Positions 48,701-61,503 of a stretch of DNA of 64,000 nt are shown in pieces. Source of the DNA: Balanoglossus misakiensis (taxonomy: Eukaryota; Animalia; Hemichordata); contig CM082591.2 of the NCBI GenBank assembly GCA_040954595.2, positions 7,430,047-7,494,046 on the forward strand, read 5' to 3'. How positions within the stretch are numbered: the stretch's first letter is position 1; each line of letters opens with the position of its first letter. Made by a program: the position numbers and the translations under genes. The notes beneath the pieces were generated by a model. That model had not been told where the DNA came from. It was given only the letters and a program-made list of their open reading frames with translations, and made no database searches.

Positions 48701-51700
48701 CATGGCTACAAAAGATGAAGATGAGCCTGTGAAACCAGCATCAATGCAACCTGAGATGGCATCAGAAAAAACAGGAGCAGAGAAAGCCAGACATCCACAA
48801 CCAGAGACAATGGGAACAGAAGACATTGAGGCTGTGGCCAAGATGACGGAAGGAGATGGAACTGAGACTGAGAAAACCAAAGCAAAACAATCTGAGACAA
48901 AAGAAAAAGGTACACCAAACATGTCAATGAGAAGCTTAGAAAGTTGGAACTATATTTACATTCAATCTGATGTTGGCAAGAGCAGTATTCTTGACAGAGA
49001 AAAAAAGCTAATGAGATAAGTTAATATTCAATGTTTGCCAAATGTGTATAGAATGAATTTACAACACTATATTTTCATTGTTTGATCACTTTCTTTTGCA
49101 GAAGAAAAGCCATCAAAAGGTGTCATCAGCAAGACAAGGAGATTTATTGGTGGAAGTAAAGAAACTGCTGGTGATTCAGGGATTACAGGAAGTAAAGAGA
49201 TATCTGAGGATACAAAGGGAGCCAGTGTTTCAGCAGAACCTTCTAAAACAGGTATGTGCATTCTCAGTGTTGGAAAATAAGTTGAATACATGTGTTGATA
49301 ATAAGGGATCAGTTGATTCAAAACTTCAAGTAAAATTAATGTCTAAGTCATCTCTCCACTACAGGAAGTAAAGAGATATCTGAGGATACAAAGGGAGCCA
49401 GTGTTTCAGCAAAACCTTCTAAAACAGGTATGTGCATTTCATCTCAGTGTTGGTAAACAACAGTTGAATACATGTTTTGATAATAAGGGATCAGTTGATT
49501 CAAAACTTCAAGTAAAATTAATGTCTAAGTCATCTCTCCACTACAGGAAGTAAAGAGATATCTGAGGATACAAAGGGAGCCAGTGTTTCAGCAAAACCTT
49601 CTAAAACAGGTATGTGCATTTCATCTCAGTATTGGAAAATAACAGTTGAATACATGTGTTGATAATAAGGGACCAGTTGATTCAAAACTTCAAGTTAAAT
49701 TAATGTCTAAGTCATCTCTCCACTACAGGAAGTAAAGAGATATCTGAGGATACAAAGGGAGCCAGTGTTTCAACAGAATCTTCTAAAACAGGTATGTGCA
49801 TTTCATCTCAGTGTCAGAAAATACCAGTTGAATACATGTGTTGATAATAAGGGACCAGTTGATTCAAAACTTCAAGTAAAATTAATGTCTAAGTCATCTC
49901 TCCACTACAGGAAGTAAAGAGATATCTGAGGATACAAAGGGAGCCAGTGTTTCAGCAAAACCTTCTAAAACAGGTATGTGCATTTCATCTCAATGTTAGA
50001 AAATAACAGTTGAATACATGTGTTGATAATAAGGGATCAGTTTATTCAAAACTTCAAGTAAATGTTGAATCATTGGTTGCCAGAAAGCAGACCATCTCTG
50101 GTTGGCTGGAAAAAGAAACAAAACCTATATCACAACAACATTACTGATAGTACATATAGTTAGAAATATTTTCTTTATATCGCAAAGCAATAGAAATAGT
50201 TTAAGAAATTGATGTTTGTCTGGTTGCCCTGGTTTCCTGGCACTGAAAAACTACAAGTATTAGGTAGGTAGGCAATATTCCTTGAGACATTGTTCAAGAA
50301 CTTTTATGTAAGACCTACTAATTCCAAATTACAAGGCAAAGATTATTCCTGTACTGATCTGTTAAGATGTGTTACCATGACAACATTACCTGTCACTAAC
50401 TCCATTGAGCAGTTGAATAGGCATATTTTTCATTGTTTACAAAGACTCTAAATAAAGTGATAGTTTCAGGTAATATTTCTGTTACTCATCATAAAAAAAA
50501 GAATTAGTAATTGATATTGACATTTTGTCCAGTTTCCATGATTACTTGGAATTGGAAAATGTGTACATATAGAGTACTTTGGTAGAAACATATCATGGCA
50601 ATACTTGAACTCATTAAATTTGTAAAAAAAAGTTTAAAGTTAAATAAAAACACTAACTTTAACACATTGCCAATGTTATACAAAAAACATTGAGGTTCAG
50701 TTGTCATGGTTACCAGTGAATAGTGCTACCATCATACATTTTTTCCTGAAAATAATGGACCAAAGAATTATCCCTGAAACTTAGTTCAGGAATTGTTATG
50801 AAATGTCTACGGAGTCAAAAGTTACAAGAAAAAGATTATTTTTGAACTGATTTCTTCAAATGTGTTACCATGGCAACATCAATGTTAGTATATCTATTGA
50901 ATGGTTAAATAAAAAAGTCTTTCATGTATTTTATAATAACCGGTCAAAAAAGAGACAAAGTAAATTTCCTTCTAGCTATTACAAGAAAAAGAAATAGTTC
51001 AAGAAACTCATGGTTACTCTTGTTGCCATGGTTATTTGTCTTTGTAAACATTGTGTAGAGAAACTGCCCTTTAGTAGTTATGTTGCCACAGCAATGACTC
51101 GTTTCTTTTGTAATATGCTTTCTCTTGAACAATAAAACACTAACTCTAGCATATTCCTAATGCATTGCAATACAGCATGTTTGACCTTTGTTTCACCTAA
51201 CAGGTCACTGGTCAGTGAGGACACTGGATGGCCAAAGTCCAAAGCCAGGGCGAAAGTTTAAAGAACCAAGAGGTATGGTGTTCCATGGTGACAAACTGGT
51301 GGTGTGTGACTCAGGCAATAGGGTTGTACAGATACTGAATCAAGATTACACCTGTGACAAAGTCTTGGGAAGTTTTGATGGTCAGTTTGCAGAGCCATTC
51401 ATGCCACAGGATGTAGCTGTCTCCCATGACAACATCTACTTCATAAGTGATGATGGAAATTCTCAAATTGTTGTTTGTGATCAAAACAATAAAATTCTTA
51501 GAATAATTACTCTACCTGCAGGCGTCGATGTCCGGGGCATCGCTCTACTGAATGGATTTGTTTTGGTCACTGAGGTCGCAGGTCATCGGCTACTCAAGTA
51601 CACCCAAGATGGTCAGTATGTTGCAGAGGTTGGTGGTGGAGGTTTTGGCCAAACACAATTCCGTTCCCCATACTCTGTGGTGGTCAACAGTAAGAATGTC

Positions 51701-52021
51701 ATCATGGTGTCTGACTGTTTCAATCACTGCATCAAGTGTTTTGATGCTGAATTGAAATTCTTGTATCAATTTGGTGTGAAAGGTAAAGGTCCTGGTCAGC
51801 TGAGGTATCCAGACAGCATTGACGTCAATGAAGACGATAATTTGTTTGTGTGTGATTGGTGGAATCATAGGATTGTGAAATGGAGATTTGATGGAGAGTG
51901 GATCTGTCACTTATTTGAAGGTGAGGTGAGCTTCCCTGAGTTCCTTGCAGTCAGCGGTGACAGAATTGCTATTAGAGAGTTGAACAGCGACCAAATCAAA
52001 GTATTCCACAAGCAGACATAA
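34267..52021 (+). CDS. Gene copy 2: GT-repeat / GT4-like / TRADD-N-like / coiled-coil / microexon linker / NHL protein (~1818 aa)
   Basis: Exons 34267-36793, 37261-37725, 37978-38054, 38323-38401, 38804-39067, 47931-48482, 48637-48909, 49102-49251, 49365-49427, 49547-49609, 49729-49791, 49911-49973, 51204-52021; total 5457 nt, in frame from ATG to TAA. Confidence 0.83.
37261..37725 (+). CDS. Exon 2, TRADD-N-like domain (putative), copy 2
   Basis: Paralog of 8987-9451 with conserved splice sites. Confidence 0.6.
39232..47851 (-). mobile_element. BEL/Pao LTR retrotransposon, same insertion, gene copy 2
   Basis: LTRs at 39232-40113 and 46964-47851; GTGTG target duplication (39227-39231, 47852-47856); 868-aa RT-RNaseH-IN ORF at 40566-43172. 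Confidence 0.95.
40224..46330 (-). pseudogene. BEL/Pao gag-pol pseudogene, copy 2
   Basis: Same motifs as copy 1; stops at 43416, 43215 and 40566, plus gag frameshifts. Confidence 0.9.
47931..48482 (+). CDS. Exon 6, coiled coil, copy 2
   Basis: Paralog of 20203-20754. Confidence 0.8.
49189..50062 (+). repeat. 182-bp microexon array, copy 2 (4 microexons)
   Basis: Same unit as 21456-24135. Confidence 0.9.
51204..52021 (+). CDS. Terminal exon, NHL-repeat beta-propeller, copy 2
   Basis: Paralog of 25157-25974; same acceptor and same length. Confidence 0.88.
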
Positions 52022-52993
52022 ACATCACCATGAAATGCATGTCCACACGACATAAAAAAATGTGAAATTTGGGAGAAAATTTAGAGGCCGTCGATAAATT
52101 TACGATTGATCGCATGCCATGGCAACAAAGTTCAAACTGAACCAATGTCACTTTCACAATTTTGGGAGTTATTTTCCACATTTTGAAGTAAAATTCAGCA
52201 CAGAAATAATTTGTAGGTTCAGTCGCTACATGTACTGAGTGTAGGCAAAATAAACTGAGGGTGTTTTGAGTAATTTTTGCAGTTTTTTTGAGGGATTTTG
52301 AGACAAGACTGTTTGAAACTGAACGCATTCCGTCAACTCAAGGCATGTAAATAATCTAAAATATTTCAGCCTACAGTCGCTTCATATAACGAGTATAAAC
52401 AATCCAAATCTGAGTCGTTTTGGAATATTTTTACTCGTTTTTTTCATGAATTTTTACATGGAGGGGTCTGAAAGTTATGATGTACACAGTACAGTCCACT
52501 TCCCATCAGATCTTCATTGCATCCGAAAGGATAAAGGCGTTTCATCAATTTATGTGTGAAAATAATTCTAAAAACTTACCTGTAAATCGCCTGATATATA
52601 TTGTATTGTAATTTGTACATATTTCCATTCGATAGTCCAAAATTGTTGTTATTTCACATATATATGAACAAGGGATGTAAACGGCGAAGTTTTACCGCCA
52701 TGATTTGCATATCCACTTTTGATTAATGGTGTAGAGGGCGCACTTAGAGCTCGATGAGACTAGCGTGAAAGAGTGATTTTGCAGTTCTATGTTATTCAGA
52801 TATGTACAGAAAGTTTTTCGTTGTTGTTGTTGGTTTTTTTCCGTTGATTTCAAGGAGTAAAATTTCGCTGCCTGGCTGACAAGCGTTAATACAGCCATCT
52901 GATTCAGAGGCAGCAACTGAAATATCAACAGTAGGGGGCGCTATGACCATTTTTGCTATCAGGCCGATGACACTGGCTGTTCTCGATCGTCCT

Positions 52994-53057
52994 TAGTCTC
53001 GGTTACCCAGACGCCTTTGCTTCTTCCGATGCTCAGGCGTCTGGGTAACCGAGACTA
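52994..53057. mobile_element. 64-bp hairpin mini-transposon with 9-bp target duplication (AcademH-like ends)
   Basis: GATCGTCCT|TAGTCTCGGTTACCCAGACGCCT-18 nt-AGGCGTCTGGGTAACCGAGACTA|GATCGTCCT. Confidence 0.8.
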
Positions 53058-54629
53058 GATCGTCCTGTGTGTTTTGAGGGCACTGTCCATTTTGCCAGAT
53101 AGAAATATACCTTAGCAAGCACAGATGACTTGCGCAGATTGTATGATACTCTAGCATGCTTTCTTTGTTTGTCTTCAGTTGATATTTTTGTAACCAACAT
53201 GTACATGGTCATCAGTAATTGCTTTCCGCGTTATTTTTATTTTTTATTGTAAATATCACATTCTGTTTGTATTTAGTTTATTTGTTTGTTTGAATGTTAC
53301 AATACATACATACCGGGGTACATGTACATACATACTTGCATGTGTGTGTGATGTGTGCAAGATATACTTCCCCATGTTTTGAGTGTGAATGGAGGACATC
53401 CCTATGGATATAGGTATCTGAAGGACTCCCCCCAGCAGGCTAATAACCATAGTATACAGATGATAATCATTTGTTCTCCAATAGTGCTACATCAAGGGAA
53501 ACCCCTGTAAAAATGACTGGGGAAAATCAGCAACATTCACCAGGGTACCGTCATTAAACATTTGCATTCATTTCTGATGATGATCAAGTATCCCTCCATT
53601 GTACTACCAATATGTTATTGATTCTGGAAAATTTGTCAATGGACTGGCCAAAATGTTTGGATGAAACCATGCACTCAAATGCACTGACATGATTAGCCAA
53701 TGAACATACAACCTAAAAGTTAAGGAATAAACAACAGACAATAATAGTAGGTAGATAGTGTAGTTTTATTGATATACAAACACTAGTATGAAAAATGCAC
53801 CTGTGTGTTTTGAGGGCGCTGTCCTTTTGCCCGATAGAAATATACCTTGGCAAGCAACGACGACTTGCGCAGATTGTATGATACTCTAGCGAGCTTTCTT
53901 TGTTTGTCTTCAGTTGATATTTTCATAACTAAAATGTACATAGTCAGTAAACAATCAGTAATTGTTTATCGTGTTTATTTTGAGTTTTTATTATAAATAA
54001 TTACATTCTGTTTGTATTTACTTTATTTTTTAATTTGTTTAAACTTTTAATGTAGTTGAATGTTCAGCTGAGAAAGTGCATCTGTATTTGGCACCTTGAC
54101 TTCATCAATAGCCATAATTTAAATGGCTGAAAGTCGTGTTACTACAGTTATGTCATTTTATTGAATGTGAGAATTTATGATGGAATTGGACGTTTGTAAT
54201 CCCATGATTGACAGCCAGGTCAGCACATTTTCATGATTAACATTGTAGAACCTAATTAATAGTTATGTATAGGCCTCTTACACTAGTATGCGAGTCAGTT
54301 TGCAACATATATCTACATGTAATAAATGGGAATGTGATAAATTTAACACCAGTGTGTTTGATTTCAATCAATTTTAGGTAATTATTATGCCAACTCAGCA
54401 TTTTTCACCAATGGTTTGTCTATGGGCCAAATTTTTAATGCAATTTATCTCGAAATAAAAAGCGCGGTGACCCCTATATTTTATTTGACGAATAAATTTA
54501 TATTTACTGGACTGAGCTATGTGACAATAGTAGAAGTTTGTTTTCTAGCAATTTTCAATGTAATCCTATGGGGAAAAAGTCGGGTGCACGCAGTTTTCCT
54601 GTTTATGTTCCGCGCGTACATCCTTAATT

Positions 54630-56155
54630 GCTAGTGAGAAAGCAGCAAATCAGGTGCCATACCTGATTAAATACATACGTGACCTGAATGAGATGGGTAA
54701 ATTGTTAAAATTTTCGCCTAAATTACTCAGAATGCTAATTGAGATGAGCAAAGCTGCTCATAGTGAATCGACAGCCAAAAAAATCAAACAAGTGTTTTTC
54801 ACTCGATGGCTATCATTCAGTGATTGTGTAGATGCTCTTGTTGGTTGCTTAGACAGTGTAATTTCATGGTTGGTACAAATTGCAAAGGATTCGAACCACA
54901 AAGATTTAGCAGTGAGGCTGAGGGATGTTAAAACGAGTTGCAACATATACCAGTTTATTGCCATGACATAATTTGCAGCTGATGCCATTGGGTTGTTAAC
55001 AAGATTGTGTAAGGCTATGCAAAGAGAAGATGTTGTATATTCTGAAGTGAAAAGTCAAATAGATGGGTCAGTAGTTGCACTTCAAGCATTGCTTCTTTCA
55101 GATGGGCCATTTTGTGAAGAGTTCAGAAAGCTTGTGCCTGATATGCCTACTGATGAAGGCACAGTGTTCAAATCTCACAACATAAAAGACTCTGTGTCTG
55201 AGAGGGAGAAATTTGAAAGTAACAAAGCAAAATTCATTTCAGAAATTGTGAAACATCTGCATGAGTGGTTTCCTTACAGTTAGCTCATGGAGGCATTTTG
55301 TGTGTTGGACCCACAAAATTCACCTGAAAACCCTGGGTCTAACTATGGCTCTGATAAACTAAAAGAGCTACTTGATCATTTTGGTACACCAAAACCAAAT
55401 AAAGCTGGAAATATCCATGAGCCAGTTGTCAAATCAAATGAGACCAAGCTTGAATGGGCTATCTTGAAATCTCTAATGCATAAGAATAGAACAAAGAATA
55501 CACAGGCCTTTTTAAGGATGTAGTATTGCAGAACAAGGAAGTGTATCCTAACATATGTTATTTCTATGCATTGGCACTGACATGTCCGGTGACATCTGTC
55601 AACTGCGAACGGGGGTTTTCTCAGTATAATTTGATAAAAACTTCACATAGAAATTTATTGACTGTGCCACATGTCAATGATATAAGTTGAGGGCCCAAGC
55701 ATCCATGAGTTTGATTTTGAGTCGGCATTTCATGTGTGGATTAACATGAAGGACTAGATCTGCTTTCTCTAATATGATGACTAGAGTCGAAAGGCACAAT
55801 GTTTCCTTGCAGAATGATGATTGTGATGTAGACAGCATCCTTGAAACTGTTGAAAATGTTGCTTCCCATGTAGAAAAAATCACCTCTTTGTTAAATGAAA
55901 AGGACATTGATGCATAATTGTAGAGTGGAATACTGTATGAATGTTCATTGAATATTGGAAATAAAACTCTGCAAACACGAGAGAAATGTGTTGACTTTTT
56001 AATTTAATGTACATGCACAACAAGATGAAAATTCACACGAGAAACAATATTTTTGTAAAAAAAAGTGTGGCTAATGAAATCTTCTTGTGGCTAATCAAAA
56101 ATTGAAACTATTAGCTACAGTGGCTAATAAATTTCAAAACCCAGCGCTAACACAC
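54630..56155 (+). mobile_element. hAT transposon 3' remnant (ZNF862-like transposase pseudogene)
   Basis: FFTRWLS motif; C-terminal dimerization motif CPVTSVNCERGFSQYNLIKTSHRNLL (~55575-55660); in-frame stops; subterminal GTGGCTAAT repeats at 56067-56128. Confidence 0.8.
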
Positions 56156-57085
56156 TTATCCCCCCCCCCCCTCAGGTGACAGACTTCAATCCTTTCATGG
56201 CAAAGTACAATTAATCAAAACCTCTATTTTTTACATTTATGAAAGAGACCAGGTACCTATGATTTGCTGGAATATGTGAATATTTCAGGTACTACTTGAT
56301 TCATTGCAAAAAATAAACCATTAATACTGTACCTTGTTGGTATTATTCATACCTATTGTTGTCATTTTGGAATCTTGTCAGAGATAGGGTCACTGCACTT
56401 GTTATGAAAATACTGAACCATGAATTTAGTCAATGATAGAAGAAAACTGCTGACTCAGCATTTTTCACCAATGGTTTGTCTATAGGTAAAACTTGTAACA
56501 AAATGTATCGCAAAATATAGCGCGGTGACCACACAATTTTATTTAACCAATGAATTTATTTTTTTACATGACTGAGCTATGTGTAAAATTTTGTGAAAAA
56601 AGTAGAAGTTTGTTTTCTAGCAATTATCAATGTAATCCTATGGGAAAAAGACACACGCACTCTTTATCAGTTATGTTCTCCACGTACATCCTTAACAGAT
56701 GAAAACGGATTTATCTGCAATCGACCTTATCTGACCTTTACCTCATATAACCAACTGTCCTGTTGACAAACATTAAATGGAAATCCAACAGAAAGAAATA
56801 TATTTGGATTGAATATAAGATGACAAAGTTGCAGTCACCAAAGAATATTTAAAACATTTGATGAAGTTTTAGTTAGTTGCAGTGAAACATTTTCTAAGTT
56901 AATAACTGAACTTCAATTGCTGACATGTTCTAAATGGACAATGTAAGTTGAACTTTGACAGAGTCCAGACTAGATGTACAACACAGAAATTTACTCAGAT
57001 CACATGACCAGAGCTGCAACTGCTTGGTATCTCGAGGTGCAAAAAATCTGACTCAGTGACTTTTCTGCCATCGATTCTAGAATTC

Positions 57086-57452
57086 AACGCCCGGTGACAG
57101 TCTAGCAATGTCCTGCTGAGCTGAAAGATAGTTGCCCTGGCAACGATCAGGGTCGCCTAGTAACGAATGGATAACGAGTGATCTATCAAATGTTGACGGG
57201 CGCCAGTGGTTGGATGATATAATTAACAAAGCTTGGTTATGAATATTTATACACCTTCAAAACCATTCCCACATCCCGTCGCGGGAATTTCACACATAGG
57301 GTGCTTTGACTCCACCTCTATTTCCTTATTTAGAATGCGATGATGTCATTTGGTTTACATTGAGTGACCAATTACCTTACACGCAAGATCTACCACCCGT
57401 GTTGTTCTACGCACAGAATTCTGTGCGTAAATAGAGACTGTCACCGGGCGTT
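57086..57452. mobile_element. ~370-bp element with 18-bp inverted ends
   Basis: AACGCCCGGTGACAGTCT ... AGACTGTCACCGGGCGTT; lies between two copies of a ~110-bp host segment (56951-57068, 57484-57593). Confidence 0.5.
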
Positions 57453-58309
57453 TCTTTTCCCCGACGCCCTGGTCTCCGGACTAAACTTTGACAGAGTCCA
57501 GACTAGATGTACAACACAGGTATTTTCTCAGATCACATGACCAGCGTGCTTGGTATCTCGAGGTACAAAAAATCTGACTCTGTGACTTTTCTGTCATTTT
57601 TTTCCGGTGAGCATGTCACCTGCAGAGCTCTTGATACAGTTGTGTGCCTCAGGACAGAATTTCTACCTTGTAAAGGAATTAACTTATCTGTTACAACACT
57701 AAGAGGTAATGTTGCATTGAACTTGGTGATTTTCAGTCTCTTTCTTTCAGTCCTCAAACTCAAGCCACACTTTTTTAATTTTCATGTATTACAGAAACAC
57801 ACCTTTAAAAAGAATGATATTGGAAATAACGTAACAATTTAGCGTCCAAACTTTTCTTGGCTTGAAAGATGACCAGAATATTGTGAATACCAATATACAT
57901 GTATTTACATGTGACTAATACCACTTATTTCAGATGTACCTGGATTGTAGCTCTAACTAGGGAATGAATCAACCACTCCACAACAACCGTTTTGAGAGGT
58001 ATGTTCTACTGGAGCTGATGATTTATTGTCTTGTTTTTTAACTGAATACACTGAATACATATACCCCTGGTAGGTGACATGTTGTAAATGGGTGGTGGCA
58101 AAGAGATTCCAAACTCTGATATCACATCTACAACACAGGTATGTGACAAGTACTGAGTAGCTCTGTGGTACTTGGAACCAGACTATCCGGATAGGGTATT
58201 TGCAATGCATGATGGTATAATTTGCGTTCAACATAGCGTCTAGTACATGGCCAACGCACGCGCAGTGACGCGCTCAAAACGCAAACTGTCCCACAACACC
58301 CTGCGTTAT

Positions 58310-59616
58310 CAGTTACGAAAAAGTAAGGCTTCTGGCGCAAAGTTGTGGTAAACTTACCGCAACTTTGCGGCACATATACCGCAACTGTTTGCGGCGCACG
58401 CGCGGCTAATGCATATTTTCGCATGCAAATGAGCTGTTGCGGCGCACAGTTGCGATAAACATACTGCAACTTTGTGGCACATATGCACCACGTATGCCAA
58501 AACAGGGGTTTGCGGCGTATATGCCGCAAATTCTGCCCTCTTGCTTTTGGTGGACCAGAAGAGGTTTTGCGGCGTATATGCCGCAAATTATGCCAGCTTG
58601 CTAATAATTAATCCCTACTGTGGCCCCTTCCTAGCTACCAGCCACCCGTAAAAAGAATTGCCAATCTATCCATTCTGTTCTTAAGTTTGCAATGACACAT
58701 ACTTCCCAGTACATGTATCTTGGTTCAGCAAATCTTAATTCTCATGTGAATCTGGTGTGTCACATTCATACATGTACTTACTATGTACTTCCCATAAGGA
58801 GAGTTATCCCAAGTATATTCAACAGGCATGGACCAAACATCATTTCTTTGTGAAATTGTGACCCTCGTTGTTTATTTCAACAACAGGAATTATTTTATAG
58901 CTATCTCAGGTGATTCAACTACCACAGAAACCAACAACATTTAGAAACTCACCCAGCTGTATACATGTCATTGCAATGTTCTTTTCTCAAGTGTCCTCTT
59001 ACTGGTATATGTCTTGGATCAACATCAGAGTTTTTCTTTTAGTACAAGATTATGACATCATCCTCAGGAAATTGTTCAAACCACTGACCTCTGGTAATGC
59101 ACAAATATCGCAACCACAGTATTCAAGTGAAGCAGTTTCCAGCTGTATGGATTGGTGACATCAAATTCATGGTTTTTGATGGGCACAGAGATCCCAGTGT
59201 AACCTTACACAATCAAAATGTCCGCCTAAATGAAATCAGCCCCATTCTCGTTTCTGCACATGTCACCAAAAAGTAATTATAACCAGCTGCATATTCAAAT
59301 TCTGTTTACTTGAACGTTCTGGCATATATACCGCAACCGTGCAGCAACAGACTCCACTGATGACTAGATAATATCAAACTCCCTGTTTACTTTACTTTTG
59401 CGGTATATGCGCCGCATATCACCATATCACCGCTCCACTGATCACCAGTAGTACAAGACTGTGTTTACTTAAATGTTGCGGCATACGTGCGAAAAAGGCT
59501 TGACTGATCGCCAGAAGTGTGCCGGTACTGGCGACCATCGGCGAATAGTCGCCACAATTTTGCGGTCAGAAAATTGAGTGCCGCACATGTGCCACAAGAA
59601 AACAACTTCGTAAGGG
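58310..59616. mobile_element. Degenerate non-autonomous DNA element with palindromic subterminal motifs (CACTA/EnSpm-like?)
   Basis: Clusters of TTGCGGC.TATA.GCCGCAA-type motifs at both ends; right end TTCGTAAGGG; left end degenerate (TTACGAAAAAG). Confidence 0.4.
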
Positions 59617-59750
59617 ATGCTATCTGTGAAGTGGTCCATGTAACAGAAACACACGAACACCCTCAAAAAGAATTCTATCAGAAATAGTCTACGATTTTTA
59701 TTGATTTGAATTAATAGATCTGACCAATCTACACATATATGATTTATTAA

Positions 59751-60481
59751 GGGGGCATTGCATGAAAACGTCGAGACTTCTTCAGAGGCCTATTTCTCAC
59801 CTAGACAACGTTGAAACCCCCATAAACCATATATATTCTGGAAGCTGAGTTTTTAAACTTTTGTTTGAGTTGCATATATAATTGATCCCCGGAAATGGTG
59901 GCGTTTTGGGGGTTAAAAAACCCATTTTGTGATATTATGTCATTAAATTTAAATTAGGTAAAAAAGTTGACCATGCATCATGCATCTTCATATGTCATTC
60001 GAAACTAGAGTAAACGTGCAAAAAAGCGAAAATTTTGTTTTGCGTTATCTGCTTCCATTGAGGAGTAACAGCGTTTGAAAGTTAGATTTTTAGAAAATTT
60101 GAACAAATGCACGGTGAGTTGTATAAAATCAGAGTTTATTCCCGCCAGGGACACTTTATCGACTAAAAAAAATTAGTTTTGTTGGATGGGTCATACACAA
60201 TCCCCTGTTAAAATTTGAGCAATTTCGCCCAACGCAGAGCGAAGCTAAAATCTTCTGAAGTTGTCAAGAGCAGCGAAAATGCAAACTGAGAAAAACGGCC
60301 GTTTGCATTGTTGACACCTATTTGTTAAGCTGTGAACTCATTCATAAAAGTGCTATTTTAGGTGATTATGCACCATTTCCGCCAAGGCGTATTAGTCAGG
60401 ATGTGGATCAGTATTAGGCCTACCGATTTATGTAAAAAAGTAAAATTTGACAAAAATCACAACGTTTCATGCAATGCCACC
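59751..60481. mobile_element. TTAA-flanked non-autonomous DNA transposon (Kolobok-like)
   Basis: TTAA|GGGGGCATTGCATGAAA ... TTTCATGCAATGCCACC|TTAA. Confidence 0.8.
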
Positions 60482-60626
60482 TTAATACTGAAACTTGGTA
60501 ATGAAAGCAGCTTTGTTTTTTATCAAACTTTTTAATGCTGTCACATATGCTACCTTCCAGACATGAAAATGAAAGAATGACACTTATTTTTAAATGCACT
60601 GCAGGTCAATTTTGATAAATAAGTAA

Positions 60627-61272
60627 CATGGCTCGAAATTAACGGGCTATAGCCCCAGGGCCAGGGGCTACCAAAACCTGTCTTGGGGCTACAATTTTCC
60701 AATTTTGGTAGCACACTCGGGCTAGCGCAATTTTTGACTAACGTACAATATGCTGTGCTTTGATCGCAGTATCATTAGCGAGCTTCAGTGGCTGCGCTTG
60801 TTTTTTAAATTTCCTTGCAGTTGCTTGGTCTCTGGGGACGCAATGAAACCACATACTGCATCCTCTGTTCTTTTGAGTGCGTCTTTACATAATTTGCATA
60901 TCTTGATTAGGTTGTTGGTGGTGCCCTAATTGTCTCAAAATGTAACGTTTTAGTATATTGATAAAAATACTTGCAACATATTATTCAATAATCTTTGAGG
61001 CCGGCCAGCTAGCTGAGCGTAGTGTGTAGTACTGTACTCTGACATAAGACATACCTACCGGCAGGCAACCGCTGTATTACTAAATTTTCCATTGTGGTCA
61101 AAATGACCACCAGCTTCCACATGACTAGTACAAAGTTAGAAGTGCCAGTGTCACATGAACTGTATAATGGGGTGATTTTTGTGGGCTACCAATTATGGGT
61201 TTGGGGCTACCAACTTTGGGAAATGGTAGCCCAAGTGGGCTACCTCTCAAAAAAAATAAAATTCGAGCCCTG
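60627..61272. mobile_element. hAT-like MITE
   Basis: CATGGCTCGAAATT ... AATTCGAGCCCTG ends; GGGCTAC subterminal repeats at both ends; 8-bp target duplication only partly matching. Confidence 0.65.
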
Positions 61273-61503
61273 AGTAGTATAGTTAACATTTTAAACCAAA
61301 CATATTGCCGCGATGTGACCTCCTTTGACCTTCCAGGCTCCACTGCCCTTCCACAGTTTCAATCTGTCAATCATGTAGAATAACTGTACATGCATATTAA
61401 CTACATGTTTTGTCGCCATTCTGTAACAAAGGCTATACAAGTTACAAAGTACCACATAACCTGGCCTTGGTCATATGGAGGTCTACAAACTATTTAACAA
61501 TTT

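Larger units (their letters stand above)
27163..54022 (+). repeat. Second unit of a ~27-28 kb tandem segmental duplication (unit 1 = <1-27162)
   Basis: The sequence at position 1 (ATTTTTT.AATTTGTTTAAAC...) recurs near 27163 and near 54023; gene, introns and LTR element are collinear. Confidence 0.92.

Noticed and set aside
52927-52943. CTCF-like motif CAGTAGGGGGCGCT
   Set aside because: A single short match inside a copy-specific, probably TE-derived segment, with no supporting evidence
1-54022. Duplication as an uncollapsed-haplotype artefact
   Set aside because: Disfavoured because three successive spacer copies exist, with copy-specific insertions and strongly diverged ends; it cannot be fully excluded without reads
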